From the NCBI GenBank assembly GCA_965223855.1, contig CBDCXM010000009.1, positions 3,040,001 to 3,104,000 on the forward strand: DNA of 64,000 nucleotides, in the 5' to 3' direction. The notes under the pieces were generated by a model. It searched no databases. It saw only the letters and a list, made by a program, of their open reading frames with translations, and was not told the DNA's origin. How positions within the stretch are numbered: the first letter of the stretch is position 1; every line of letters starts with the position of its first letter. The translations under genes were made by a program, and so were the position numbers. The DNA is from Candidatus Multivoradales bacterium. GTDB taxonomy: Bacteria; Acidobacteriota; Thermoanaerobaculia; Multivoradales; JAHEKO01. Shown piece after piece: positions 18,613 through 26,928 of the stretch.

Positions 18613-20480
18613 TGGAGTTCCTGGCCGACGCCTTCCTCTACCTCCTCGCCGCCGTGATCGCGGTGCCGGTCGCTCAGCGCCTCGGGCTCGGCTCGGTCCT
18701 CGGCTATCTGCTGGCCGGCATCGTCATCGGCCCGCTCCTCGGCCTCGTCGGGGCGGAGACCAAGGAGGTCAAGCACTTCGCCGAGTTCGGCGTCGTGATG
18801 ATGCTGTTCCTCGTCGGCCTCGAGCTGCAGCCGTCGATGCTCTGGCGCCTGCGGGACCGCCTCCTCGGCCTCGGCGGACTCCAGGTGCTCGTCACGACCG
18901 CCCTCGTCTTCGGGATCTGCCTCGCCCTCGGCGTCGCCTGGAAGCCGGCCCTCGCCATCGGCATGACGCTGGCTCTCTCCTCGACGGCGATCGTCCTTCA
19001 GACACTGGAGGAGAAGGGGTGGATGAAGTCGCCGCCGGGGCAGTCGGCGTTCTCGGTGCTGCTCTTCCAGGACATCGCGGTGATCCCGATGCTGGCGCTC
19101 CTGCCGCTGCTGGCGGTCGCCGGCCACGCCACAGGCGGCGCCGACGGCCACCACGGCGGTGCGCTCGACGGCCTGCCCGGCTGGGTACAGACGCTGGCGA
19201 TCCTCGGCGTCATCGCGGCGATCATCGTCGCCGGCCGCTACCTGATGCGACCGACCTTCCGCTTCATCGCGCAGTCGCGGCTGCGCGAGATCTTCACCGC
19301 CGCCGCCCTGGCGCTCGTCGTCGGCATCGCGCTGGCGATGGACCTCGTCGGCCTCTCACCCGCGCTCGGCACCTTCCTCGCCGGGGTGGTGCTCTCGGGT
19401 AGCGAGTACAGGCACGAGCTCGAGAGCGACATCGCGCCGTTCAAGGGGATCCTCCTCGGGCTGTTCTTCATCTCGGTCGGCGCGGGGATCGACTTCGAGC
19501 TCCTGGCCGACCGTCCGGCGCTGATCTTCGGAGCCGCCTTCGGCCTCATGGCGCTCAAACTGGCGGTGCTCCTCGCGCTGGCCACCGCGTTCCGGATGCG
19601 CGGCAGGCAGCGCTGGCTCTTCTCCCTGGCGCTCGCTCAGGCGGGGGAGTTCGCGTTCGTTCTCTTCGGTTTCGCCGAAGGCGCCGGCGTCATCGAGTCG
19701 GAACTCGTCACCAGCCTGACACTCTCGGTCGCCATCACGATGCTCCTGACACCGCTTCTCTTCATCGTCTACGAGCGCGTGCTCGCCCCCCGCATGGTGG
19801 AGAAGAGCTCACGCGAGGCCGACGAGATCGACGAGCGGGGGACCGCCATCGTCGCCGGTGTAGGCCGCTTCGGGCAGGCGGTGAGCCGAATCCTGATGAC
19901 CAACGGCTACCGGGTCGTCGGTCTCGACCACGACCCCGCCCTCATCGAGCTGTGGCGTCAGATCGACCTCAAGGCGTACTACGGAGATGCGACCCGGCCC
20001 GACCTCCTCCATGCCGCGGGCGCCGAGGAAGCGAAGCTCTTCGTCGCCGCCCTCGACGATCGGGAGAAGCAGACCGCGCTCGTCGAGTACGTGGCGCGCA
20101 ACCTCCCCGAGTGCCGGATCCTCGCCCGCGCCGCCGACCGCCACCATGTCTACGAGCTCGAGAAGGCGGGCGCCCACGTCGTCGAGCAGGAGCTCTTCGA
20201 GTCGGCCATCGCCGCCGGGCGGAGAGCGCTGATCGAGCTCGGCACTCATCCGTTCAAGGCCGAGCATCAGGCGCGAGCGTTCCGCCAGCACGACGGCGAC
20301 ATGCTCGACGACCTGCGCGAACGCTGGCACGAGAGCGGCGTCGATCGCCGCTACATCGACATCGCACGGGCGCGGGCCGGCGAGCTGTTCGACCTGATGC
20401 GAGGCGACCGCGCCGCCGAGCGGCACGACTCCTCAGAGCGCGGCTGGGTGCCGCCGCCGAAGGACGACGTGATCCAGTAG
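18612..20480 (+). CDS. kefC: CPA2 K+/H+ antiporter with TrkA-N domain (KefB/KefC)
   Basis: [29 protein letters not shown] and GVGRFG motifs. Confidence 0.92.
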   Translation: MEFLADAFLYLLAAVIAVPVAQRLGLGSVLGYLLAGIVIGPLLGLVGAETKEVKHFAEFGVVMMLFLVGLELQPSMLWRLRDRLLGLGGLQVLVTTALVFGICLALGVAWKPALAIGMTLALSSTAIVLQTLEEKGWMKSPPGQSAFSVLLFQDIAVIPMLALLPLLAVAGHATGGADGHHGGALDGLPGWVQTLAILGVIAAIIVAGRYLMRPTFRFIAQSRLREIFTAAALALVVGIALAMDLVGLSPALGTFLAGVVLSGSEYRHELESDIAPFKGILLGLFFISVGAGIDFELLADRPALIFGAAFGLMALKLAVLLALATAFRMRGRQRWLFSLALAQAGEFAFVLFGFAEGAGVIESELVTSLTLSVAITMLLTPLLFIVYERVLAPRMVEKSSREADEIDERGTAIVAGVGRFGQAVSRILMTNGYRVVGLDHDPALIELWRQIDLKAYYGDATRPDLLHAAGAEEAKLFVAALDDREKQTALVEYVARNLPECRILARAADRHHVYELEKAGAHVVEQELFESAIAAGRRALIELGTHPFKAEHQARAFRQHDGDMLDDLRERWHESGVDRRYIDIARARAGELFDLMRGDRAAERHDSSERGWVPPPKDDVIQ

Positions 20481-20546
20481 CGGCAGGATCGCGGGGCGGG
20501 CCGGAAGCACTAGAACCGTGCCTCCGGCCGCCCGGCAGAGACTCCT

Positions 20547-23000
20547 TCAGAAGCCGAGTCGCAGAACCAGCCCGACGTTCCGCCCCGGGAGCGGCACCCG
20601 GTCCTTGACGAACGAGGTGTGCGTCCGCGCTTCCTCGTCGGTCAGGTTTGAGCCCCTCAGCAGGACGTCGAGGAAGTAGGTGTCGAAGAAGAACCGATAC
20701 CCGAGGTTGGCGTTGACGAGGGTGTAGTTCGCCGTCGCCGTCTCGTTGACGGCCACACGATCCTGGCTGTCCACCCACCGCCCCTCGATGCCGCCGCGCA
20801 GCCGGTCGCCCCGGTAGTGGAGCCCGGCGCCGAAGCGCTGCGGCGGGATCCGGGGCAGGTTGCTGCCGTCGTCGAACTCGGCACGGACGAAGTCGTAGAG
20901 AAGATCGAGATCCCACGAGGCGTGCGCTCGTTGCGCGAGCAGCACCGAGAGATCGACCTCACCTCCCCAGAAGTCGGCGTCCTGCTGCGACCACTGGAGT
21001 ACCGGCAGCCCGTCCTCCTCCTCACCGGTGAAGGCCTGGAAGATGAAGTCCGAGAACTGGTTGCGGAAGAGGTTGACGGCACCGGTCACCCGGCCCTCGA
21101 CCTTGCGCAGCGTCAGGTCGAGCCCCAGGGCCGCCTCGACATCGAGGTTCGGGTCCCCGACCTCGAAGGAGGCGGTGGCGAAGTGCGCGCCGTCCGAGTA
21201 GAGCTCTTCGCCCGTCGGCATCTTCGACGAGCGAGCGAGCGACGCCCCCAGAGAGTAGGTGTCGGAAGGCTTCCACACCAGCCCGATCGAAGCCGAGAGG
21301 GCGTCGAAGTCCCGGTTCGGTGCGTCGGCGGCTCTCACCGTGGTGTCCTGGGTTTCGTAGCGCACACCGAACTGGTAGCTCCAGTTTCCGCGCTCGAACT
21401 CCTGGAAGGTGAAGAGGCCGAGACTCTCCGCCTTGACAGGCGGCAGGAACGCCTCCTCGCCGACAGCCTCGAGATCCCTCGACCGCAGCTGCACGCCGAA
21501 CGACCCCTTGTGGGCGCCACGCTGGCGCTGCAGGAACTCGGCGCGAGCCTCCCAGGCGTCGTTGAAGAAGGTCGTCCCGATCTCCCCCTCGCCCTCGAGT
21601 TCGTCGTGCTCGTAGTCGACGACGCCGAGCCGGAACTTCGCGGACTCGACCAGACCGGTAGCACGGTTGAAGCCGCCCTCGAGGTCGAGGCGCTGCTGCC
21701 GCATGTCGATACGGATGTTCTCCTCCTCCTCCTCGCCTTCGTCGTGGTCGCCGTCGTGATCCTCGTCGCCGTCGTGCCCTTCGTCTCCTTCGTCGCCGTG
21801 CTCCTCCTCGTGGCCATGCTCGACGCCGGGGATCCCGTACTGAGTGTCGTAGCCCCTGACGGCGATGCCGAAGAAGCCCCGGTCGCCGAACCGGCGGCTC
21901 ATGCCGACGCCGGCGCTCGACGTCTCGAGATCGCTGTTCGGCAGAATGCCGAAGGGGTTCTCTTCCTCGTGATCGTCGTCGTGGCCGTCGTCGTCGTGGC
22001 CGTCATCGTCATGACCATCATCGTCGTGGCCATCGTCGTCGTGCTCCTCTTCGAGCGCCGCGAAGCCGGGAATCTCGTACTCGTCCGTCTCTCGCTGCAG
22101 CATCTCGAGATGCCACGCCCAGCTCTCGTTCCCACCGTCGAGGGAAACTGCACCGGCCCGCTCGTCCGACACCGAGCCGATTCTCAGGTCCACGGTGCCG
22201 GCAAAGCCGTCCGCTGGAGCGCCGTCGGGAATCCTGTTGTCCAGCACGTTGACGACGCCGCCGATCGCGTTGCTGCCGTAGAGGAGTGTTGCGGGCCCTC
22301 GCACCACCTCGACGCTTTCGGCGAGCAGCGGATCCGCGCTGACGGCATGGTCCGGGCTGCTGGTCGCGGCATCGAGGGTGTCGAGGCCGTTCTCCATCGT
22401 CTTCACCCGGTCGCCACCGAGGCCACGGATGATGGGCCGGCTCGAGCCGGGGCCGAAGTAGGTCGACGACACGCCGGCCTCCTGCGCCAGCGATTCGCCG
22501 AGCGTCGCCTCGACCTTGGACGCGAGCTCCAGGCCGTCGAGCACGTTGATCGGCGAGGCGACGTCGAGCTCGCCGCGGGCGTCGGGCGATGCCGTGACGA
22601 CAATCCTCTCGGCGTGCACCTCCCGGAGCAGCACGATCTCGAGCGGTGCGGACTCGCCGGTGGTCGCCTCGACTCGCTCCAGGGTGCGGTCGTGGCGAGC
22701 ACTGTCGATCTCGAGCAGGTGCTCACCGGGTTCGAGGCCCGTCAGTTCGAAGCAGCCCTGTTCGTCGGCCTGGGTGCGGACTCCGGTGCCGATGACGGAC
22801 AGCACGGCATCGACGACCGGCGCGTCGTCGGCAGTCACGACACAGCCTCGTATCGATGCCGCCTCGGGAGACTCTCCGGTCTGGGCGGTTGTGGGTATGG
22901 GTAGGGACAGCAGAAGAACCGATGCGACGATCGCCAGTCCGGCGGGGAGGGAGTTCCCCGTGGCGTGCCGCCTCTTCTGGATGCAGGAAGCGAAGTTCAT
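20547..23000 (-). CDS. TonB-dependent receptor, ZnuD-like, with His/Asp-rich loops
   Basis: Plug motifs (SRPIIRG, RGPATLLYGSNAIGGVVN), HDDDG repeats, C-terminal Phe. Confidence 0.92.
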   Translation of the reverse strand: MNFASCIQKRRHATGNSLPAGLAIVASVLLLSLPIPTTAQTGESPEAASIRGCVVTADDAPVVDAVLSVIGTGVRTQADEQGCFELTGLEPGEHLLEIDSARHDRTLERVEATTGESAPLEIVLLREVHAERIVVTASPDARGELDVASPINVLDGLELASKVEATLGESLAQEAGVSSTYFGPGSSRPIIRGLGGDRVKTMENGLDTLDAATSSPDHAVSADPLLAESVEVVRGPATLLYGSNAIGGVVNVLDNRIPDGAPADGFAGTVDLRIGSVSDERAGAVSLDGGNESWAWHLEMLQRETDEYEIPGFAALEEEHDDDGHDDDGHDDDGHDDDGHDDDHEEENPFGILPNSDLETSSAGVGMSRRFGDRGFFGIAVRGYDTQYGIPGVEHGHEEEHGDEGDEGHDGDEDHDGDHDEGEEEEENIRIDMRQQRLDLEGGFNRATGLVESAKFRLGVVDYEHDELEGEGEIGTTFFNDAWEARAEFLQRQRGAHKGSFGVQLRSRDLEAVGEEAFLPPVKAESLGLFTFQEFERGNWSYQFGVRYETQDTTVRAADAPNRDFDALSASIGLVWKPSDTYSLGASLARSSKMPTGEELYSDGAHFATASFEVGDPNLDVEAALGLDLTLRKVEGRVTGAVNLFRNQFSDFIFQAFTGEEEDGLPVLQWSQQDADFWGGEVDLSVLLAQRAHASWDLDLLYDFVRAEFDDGSNLPRIPPQRFGAGLHYRGDRLRGGIEGRWVDSQDRVAVNETATANYTLVNANLGYRFFFDTYFLDVLLRGSNLTDEEARTHTSFVKDRVPLPGRNVGLVLRLGF

Positions 23001-23004
23001 GACA

Positions 23005-23061
23005 GACCTCTCTTGCGTGGGGATGACAGACAGTTCCTCGACCAATGCGGGTCGAGAGGTC
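23005..23061 (-). promoter_or_regulatory. anti-SD stem over the TonB receptor ribosome-binding site
   Basis: GACCTCTC (23005-23012) and GAGAGGTC (23054-23061) form a perfect inverted repeat; the proximal arm is the SD 4 nt before the ATG. Confidence 0.55.
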
Positions 23062-23129
23062 GCTCGGTCTCGTCGAAGAGACCGGCGGCCGCGGATCTGG
23101 GAGGGCGAGAGGATCCTCGCCCTGGCGGA

Positions 23130-23483
23130 TCAGGCGGCCGGCGGAGCGCGAGAGGTCGGTAGAGCGAAGGGCTGGTGTAGCTCCGGTCGCGCGAGGTCGG
23201 CCGGCCGGGACGCCCCGAGCAGCTCGACGCTGCCGGCGCGAACCCAGGACGGCTCGCCGATCGACTGGCGGGAAGCCTGCACGCAATCGACGCACGACGG
23301 CTCGCTCAGCTGATGAACCGCCTCGACGTGCGCCCGCTCTTCGAGCGTCTCGTGACCAGCCGAAACCGTCGGCAGGTGCTCGTGACCGAGCGATTCGTGG
23401 TCGTGCGACCAGCCGGTCCCGATCGCCGCCATTCCGACGGCGAGCGACAAGGCCAGCAGTGAGCGCAACGAGAAGCTCTTCAC
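23130..23483 (-). CDS. DUF2946/CruR-like leader peptide (signal peptide, His-rich, CxxC, C-terminal RAPP)
   Basis: HDHESLGHEH, SCVDC, ends SRAPPAA; directly upstream of the TonB receptor. Confidence 0.75.
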   Translation of the reverse strand: MKSFSLRSLLALSLAVGMAAIGTGWSHDHESLGHEHLPTVSAGHETLEERAHVEAVHQLSEPSCVDCVQASRQSIGEPSWVRAGSVELLGASRPADLARPELHQPFALPTSRAPPAA

Positions 23484-23593
23484 GAGCAGAAAGGTAGCAG
23501 GTGTGGGAGTTCCGCGACAAGATCGCCCGACGGCAGGTGTGAGGGCTCAGCGCAGCAGCGCCGGCCGGGCCGCTCGGCTAAGATGGCGCCGGA

Positions 23594-23932
23594 ATGATCG
23601 GGAAGCGCCTTTTCGCGACAACGCTCGCCGCGCTGCTCTTCGGCGCCGTGGCGGCACCCTGCATGACCATGGAGGGTTGCGAGCCGCCGCCGGCTCAGGA
23701 GTCGCATTGCGAGCCGACCGGGCCGACGCTCGATGTCGCCTGTTGCTGCGACGGTGCCGACTCGACCGCCACGGACGCGATGCGCCCCGCCGGCGCCCAT
23801 CAGGTGTCGCCCGCCGCTCCCGCTCTCGTCGCACGGACGAGCCACGGCCCGCGGGTCGATCGGCTTCCTGAGCCGCCGCCGCCCGCCCCGCCCGGCGCCC
23901 TGCAGACCTCGCTCTGCATCTCCCTGACCTGA
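23594..23932 (+). CDS. CutF-like Cys-rich, Pro-rich leader peptide
   Basis: Signal peptide, PCMTMEGC...HC...CCC, then PEPPPPAPP near the C-terminus; directly upstream of the multicopper oxidase. Confidence 0.7.
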   Translation: MIGKRLFATTLAALLFGAVAAPCMTMEGCEPPPAQESHCEPTGPTLDVACCCDGADSTATDAMRPAGAHQVSPAAPALVARTSHGPRVDRLPEPPPPAPPGALQTSLCISLT

Positions 23933-24061
23933 CCGCTTCTTCGGCGGCGCCTCGAGCGCCGCTCGATGTCGTTGCGGAAGAGCATCAGGTAGGACCGTCC
24001 TCGGAAGGTCGCAGCTCCAACACAGCTGCCCACCCGGGGATCAGCAACAGGCCGGGAGATG
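23917..24061 (+). promoter_or_regulatory. anti-SD stem over the copA ribosome-binding site/start
   Basis: CATCTCCC (23917-23924) is the exact reverse complement of GGGAGATG (24054-24061); pairing extends through cctg/cagg. Confidence 0.55.
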
Positions 24062-25999
24062 GGTATGAATCGCAGACAGTTCTTGAAGTTCGCATCGGCG
24101 CTCGGTGGCAGCGCCGTCGCACAAGCTCTCCTGCCGCCGTGGGCGCGATCGGCGTGGGCGGTCGGCAGCGACCCGACGGCCGATCCGCTCGCGCGGCCTT
24201 CCCTCGAGACGGCCGAGAGCTTCCTCCTGAAGGTGGCAGAGAGCTCCTGGGAGATCGAGGGCCGAACCGGCCGCGCCGTGACCCTCAACGGCACCATACC
24301 GGGGCCGCTCCTGCGGTGGCGCGAGGGCACCGAGGTGACCCTCGACGTCGACAACCGACTCGGCGAAGACACGTCGATCCACTGGCACGGCATCCTTCTG
24401 CCTCCCGAGATGGACGGAGTGCCGGGCGTGAGCTTCGCCGGCATCCCGGGTCGCGAGACCTTCCGCTACCGGTTCCCGGTGCTGCAGTCCGGTACCTACT
24501 GGTACCACAGCCATTCGGGATTCCAGGAGCAGTTGGGGCACTACGGGCCGCTACTCATTGATCCTGCGGGTGCCGACCCGATCGGGTCGGATCGCGAGAT
24601 CGTCATCGTCCTCGCTGATTGGACCTTCGAGAACCCCCGGCGGGTTTTCGCCAAGCTCAAGAAGGTCAGTCACGCGTACGACTATCAGAAGCTGACCGTG
24701 AGGGATCTCTTCCGCCGCGCCAGGAACGACGGTTGGGGCGAGGCACTGCGGGAGCGCGCCATGTGGGGATCGATGCGGATGAGCCCGACCGACCTCGCGG
24801 ACGTCACAGGAGCGACCTACACCTATCTGATCAACGGGCACGGGCCGGAGGACGACTGGACCGCGCTCTTCGAGCCGGGCGAGCGGCTCCGGCTGCGGAT
24901 CATCAACGCATCGGCGATGTCGATCTTCAACGTCCGTATCCCGGGTCTGCCGATGACGGTAGTGCAGTCCGACGGGCTGCCGGTGAGGCCGATGACGGTC
25001 GACGAGTTCCAGATCGGGACCGCGGAGACCTACGATGTCGTCGTCCAGACCTCGGAGCACCGCGCCTACACCCTGATGTGCGAGTCGATCGACCGCAGCG
25101 GCTTCGCGCGCGCCACGCTGACACCGGAGCTCGGCCTCCGCGCCGAGGTGCCCGAGCTGCGCGAGAGACCGCTGCTGACGATGGGCGACATGGGCATGGA
25201 GCACCACGGGGCGCACGGCGCCCACGATGGCGGAACCGAGGCGCCCGAGGAGCAGGGTGGGCATGGCTCTCACGAAGCCATGGATCACGGCAGCATGAAC
25301 CACGACGACAAGGATCACGGCGACATGGATCATGCCGGCATGCATCACGAAGGAATGAATCACGGCGCCATGGGTCACGCGGGCATGGACGCTCACGAGC
25401 ACGGCGAAGCGGCCGGCGGCGGCTCCGCATGGCCGACCGAGCCCACCGCCAGACAGCCGGTCGAGCGCGGCCCCGGGGTGGCCAACGTCGCCGAGACGCC
25501 GCGCAACAGACTTCACGAGCCCGGCATCGGGCTCGAGGACGTGGCTCATCGCACGCTGAGCTACGCGGATCTCGAGAGCCTCGACACCAACCCGGACACC
25601 CGGCCTCCGGAGCGGGAGCTCGAGTTGCATCTTACGAGCAACATGGAGCGCTACATGTGGTCGTTCGACGGCGTGAAGCTCTCCGAGAACCCCGAACCGA
25701 TCGTCTTCCACGAGGGGGAGCGCCTGCGCCTGACGATGGTGAACAACACCATGATGCCGCACCCGATCCACCTGCACGGGATGTTCTTCGAGGTGGTCAA
25801 CGGCAAGGGCTCCAGGCAGCCGCGCAAGCACACCATCATCGTGAAGCCGGCCGAGAAGCTGTCGCTCGACGTCACTGCCGACGCCGTCGGCGACTGGGCG
25901 TTCCACTGCCATCTGCTCTACCACATGCATGCCGGGATGATGCGGGTGGTGTCGGTCCGGCCTCGCACGTCGGAGCCGGCGGCGAGGGAGGAGGCATGA
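24059..25999 (+). CDS. copA: copper-resistance multicopper oxidase (CopA/PcoA type)
   Basis: Tat signal NRRQFLK; HWHG, WYHSH, HPIHLHG and HCHLLYHM motifs; His/Met-rich insert. Confidence 0.96.
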   Translation: MGMNRRQFLKFASALGGSAVAQALLPPWARSAWAVGSDPTADPLARPSLETAESFLLKVAESSWEIEGRTGRAVTLNGTIPGPLLRWREGTEVTLDVDNRLGEDTSIHWHGILLPPEMDGVPGVSFAGIPGRETFRYRFPVLQSGTYWYHSHSGFQEQLGHYGPLLIDPAGADPIGSDREIVIVLADWTFENPRRVFAKLKKVSHAYDYQKLTVRDLFRRARNDGWGEALRERAMWGSMRMSPTDLADVTGATYTYLINGHGPEDDWTALFEPGERLRLRIINASAMSIFNVRIPGLPMTVVQSDGLPVRPMTVDEFQIGTAETYDVVVQTSEHRAYTLMCESIDRSGFARATLTPELGLRAEVPELRERPLLTMGDMGMEHHGAHGAHDGGTEAPEEQGGHGSHEAMDHGSMNHDDKDHGDMDHAGMHHEGMNHGAMGHAGMDAHEHGEAAGGGSAWPTEPTARQPVERGPGVANVAETPRNRLHEPGIGLEDVAHRTLSYADLESLDTNPDTRPPERELELHLTSNMERYMWSFDGVKLSENPEPIVFHEGERLRLTMVNNTMMPHPIHLHGMFFEVVNGKGSRQPRKHTIIVKPAEKLSLDVTADAVGDWAFHCHLLYHMHAGMMRVVSVRPRTSEPAAREEA

Positions 26000-26814
26000 A
26001 GCTGTTGCGGAACGTCGCGATTGGCGGTTGGGCCGTCGCCTTCGCCCTCGCCATGGCGGTTCGAGCGGAGGCCTCCGGCAAGCATCCCGCCGATCATGAG
26101 GATGGAATGGAGAAGGCCCGCCACCACATGTTGCGCCACCATGGAGGGCTACCGCACTGGATGGTGATGGCGGATCGGCTCGAGTGGCGGGAGGACGAGG
26201 AGTTCCTCCTCTGGGATCTCCAGGGTTGGTACGGAGGCGATCGGCATCGGCTGTGGTTCAAGAGCGAGGCCGAGTACGAGCTCGATGGCTCTGATCCCGA
26301 CCGGCTCGTCACCGGCTCGATGAGCGAAAGCGACTTTCATGAGTTCGAGCTGCAGGCTCTCTACGGCCGGGCTGTGACCACCTACTTCGATGTCCTGCTC
26401 GGGCTGAGGCACGATTTCGAGCCGGATCCGGCGACGAGCTATGCCGTCGTCGGCCTGCACGGGCTCGCCCCCCAGATGTTCGAGATCGACGCCTCTCTCT
26501 TCGTCAGCGATGAAGGCGACCTCTCACTGCGCCTCGAAGCCGAGTACGAGCTCCTGCTGACCCAACGGCTGGTTCTCCAGCCTCGCATCGAGCTGGAGGC
26601 CTCGGCTCAGGAGGTCCCCGAACGAGAGCTCGGCAGCGGCCTCAGCTCGGCCGAGGGGGGACTGCGCCTGCGCTACGAGGTTCGGCGCGAGTTCGCCCCG
26701 TACATCGGCTGGAGCTGGGAGCGGAAGCTCGGTGCCACGGAGCGGCTCGCAACGGCGGCGGGGGAGGAGGCCTCGGCCTCGACGCTCGTTGTCGGACTGA
26801 GGCTCTGGTATTGA
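25996..26814 (+). CDS. copB: copper resistance protein B
   Basis: DRLEW, WYGGD, GLAP and GLRLRYEVRREFAPYIG motifs; ATGA overlap with copA. Confidence 0.93.
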   Translation: MKLLRNVAIGGWAVAFALAMAVRAEASGKHPADHEDGMEKARHHMLRHHGGLPHWMVMADRLEWREDEEFLLWDLQGWYGGDRHRLWFKSEAEYELDGSDPDRLVTGSMSESDFHEFELQALYGRAVTTYFDVLLGLRHDFEPDPATSYAVVGLHGLAPQMFEIDASLFVSDEGDLSLRLEAEYELLLTQRLVLQPRIELEASAQEVPERELGSGLSSAEGGLRLRYEVRREFAPYIGWSWERKLGATERLATAAGEEASASTLVVGLRLWY

Positions 26815-26928
26815 GGTCCTGCCCGATGCCCGACGGCCAAGTGGGCTGCGAGTTGCTGCATTCGCAACCGGCGGTCGATCGGGCTACCATGCGCGCCGAA
26901 CGCTCACCTGCGTAGAGGAGACCCGATC

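Larger units (their letters stand above)
14823..19015. repeat. about 1.6-kb direct duplication (14823-16426 vs 17407-19015) separated by a degenerate transposase copy
   Basis: The ppk2 3' end, tRNA-Leu, kefF and kefC 5' part occur twice; the copies differ mostly by small indels. Confidence 0.92.

Noticed and set aside
24619-25995. 731-aa ORF suggesting a long N-terminal extension of CopB
   Set aside because: The upstream part is an Arg-rich off-frame read of copA; the real start is ATG 25996 with an RBS and signal peptide.
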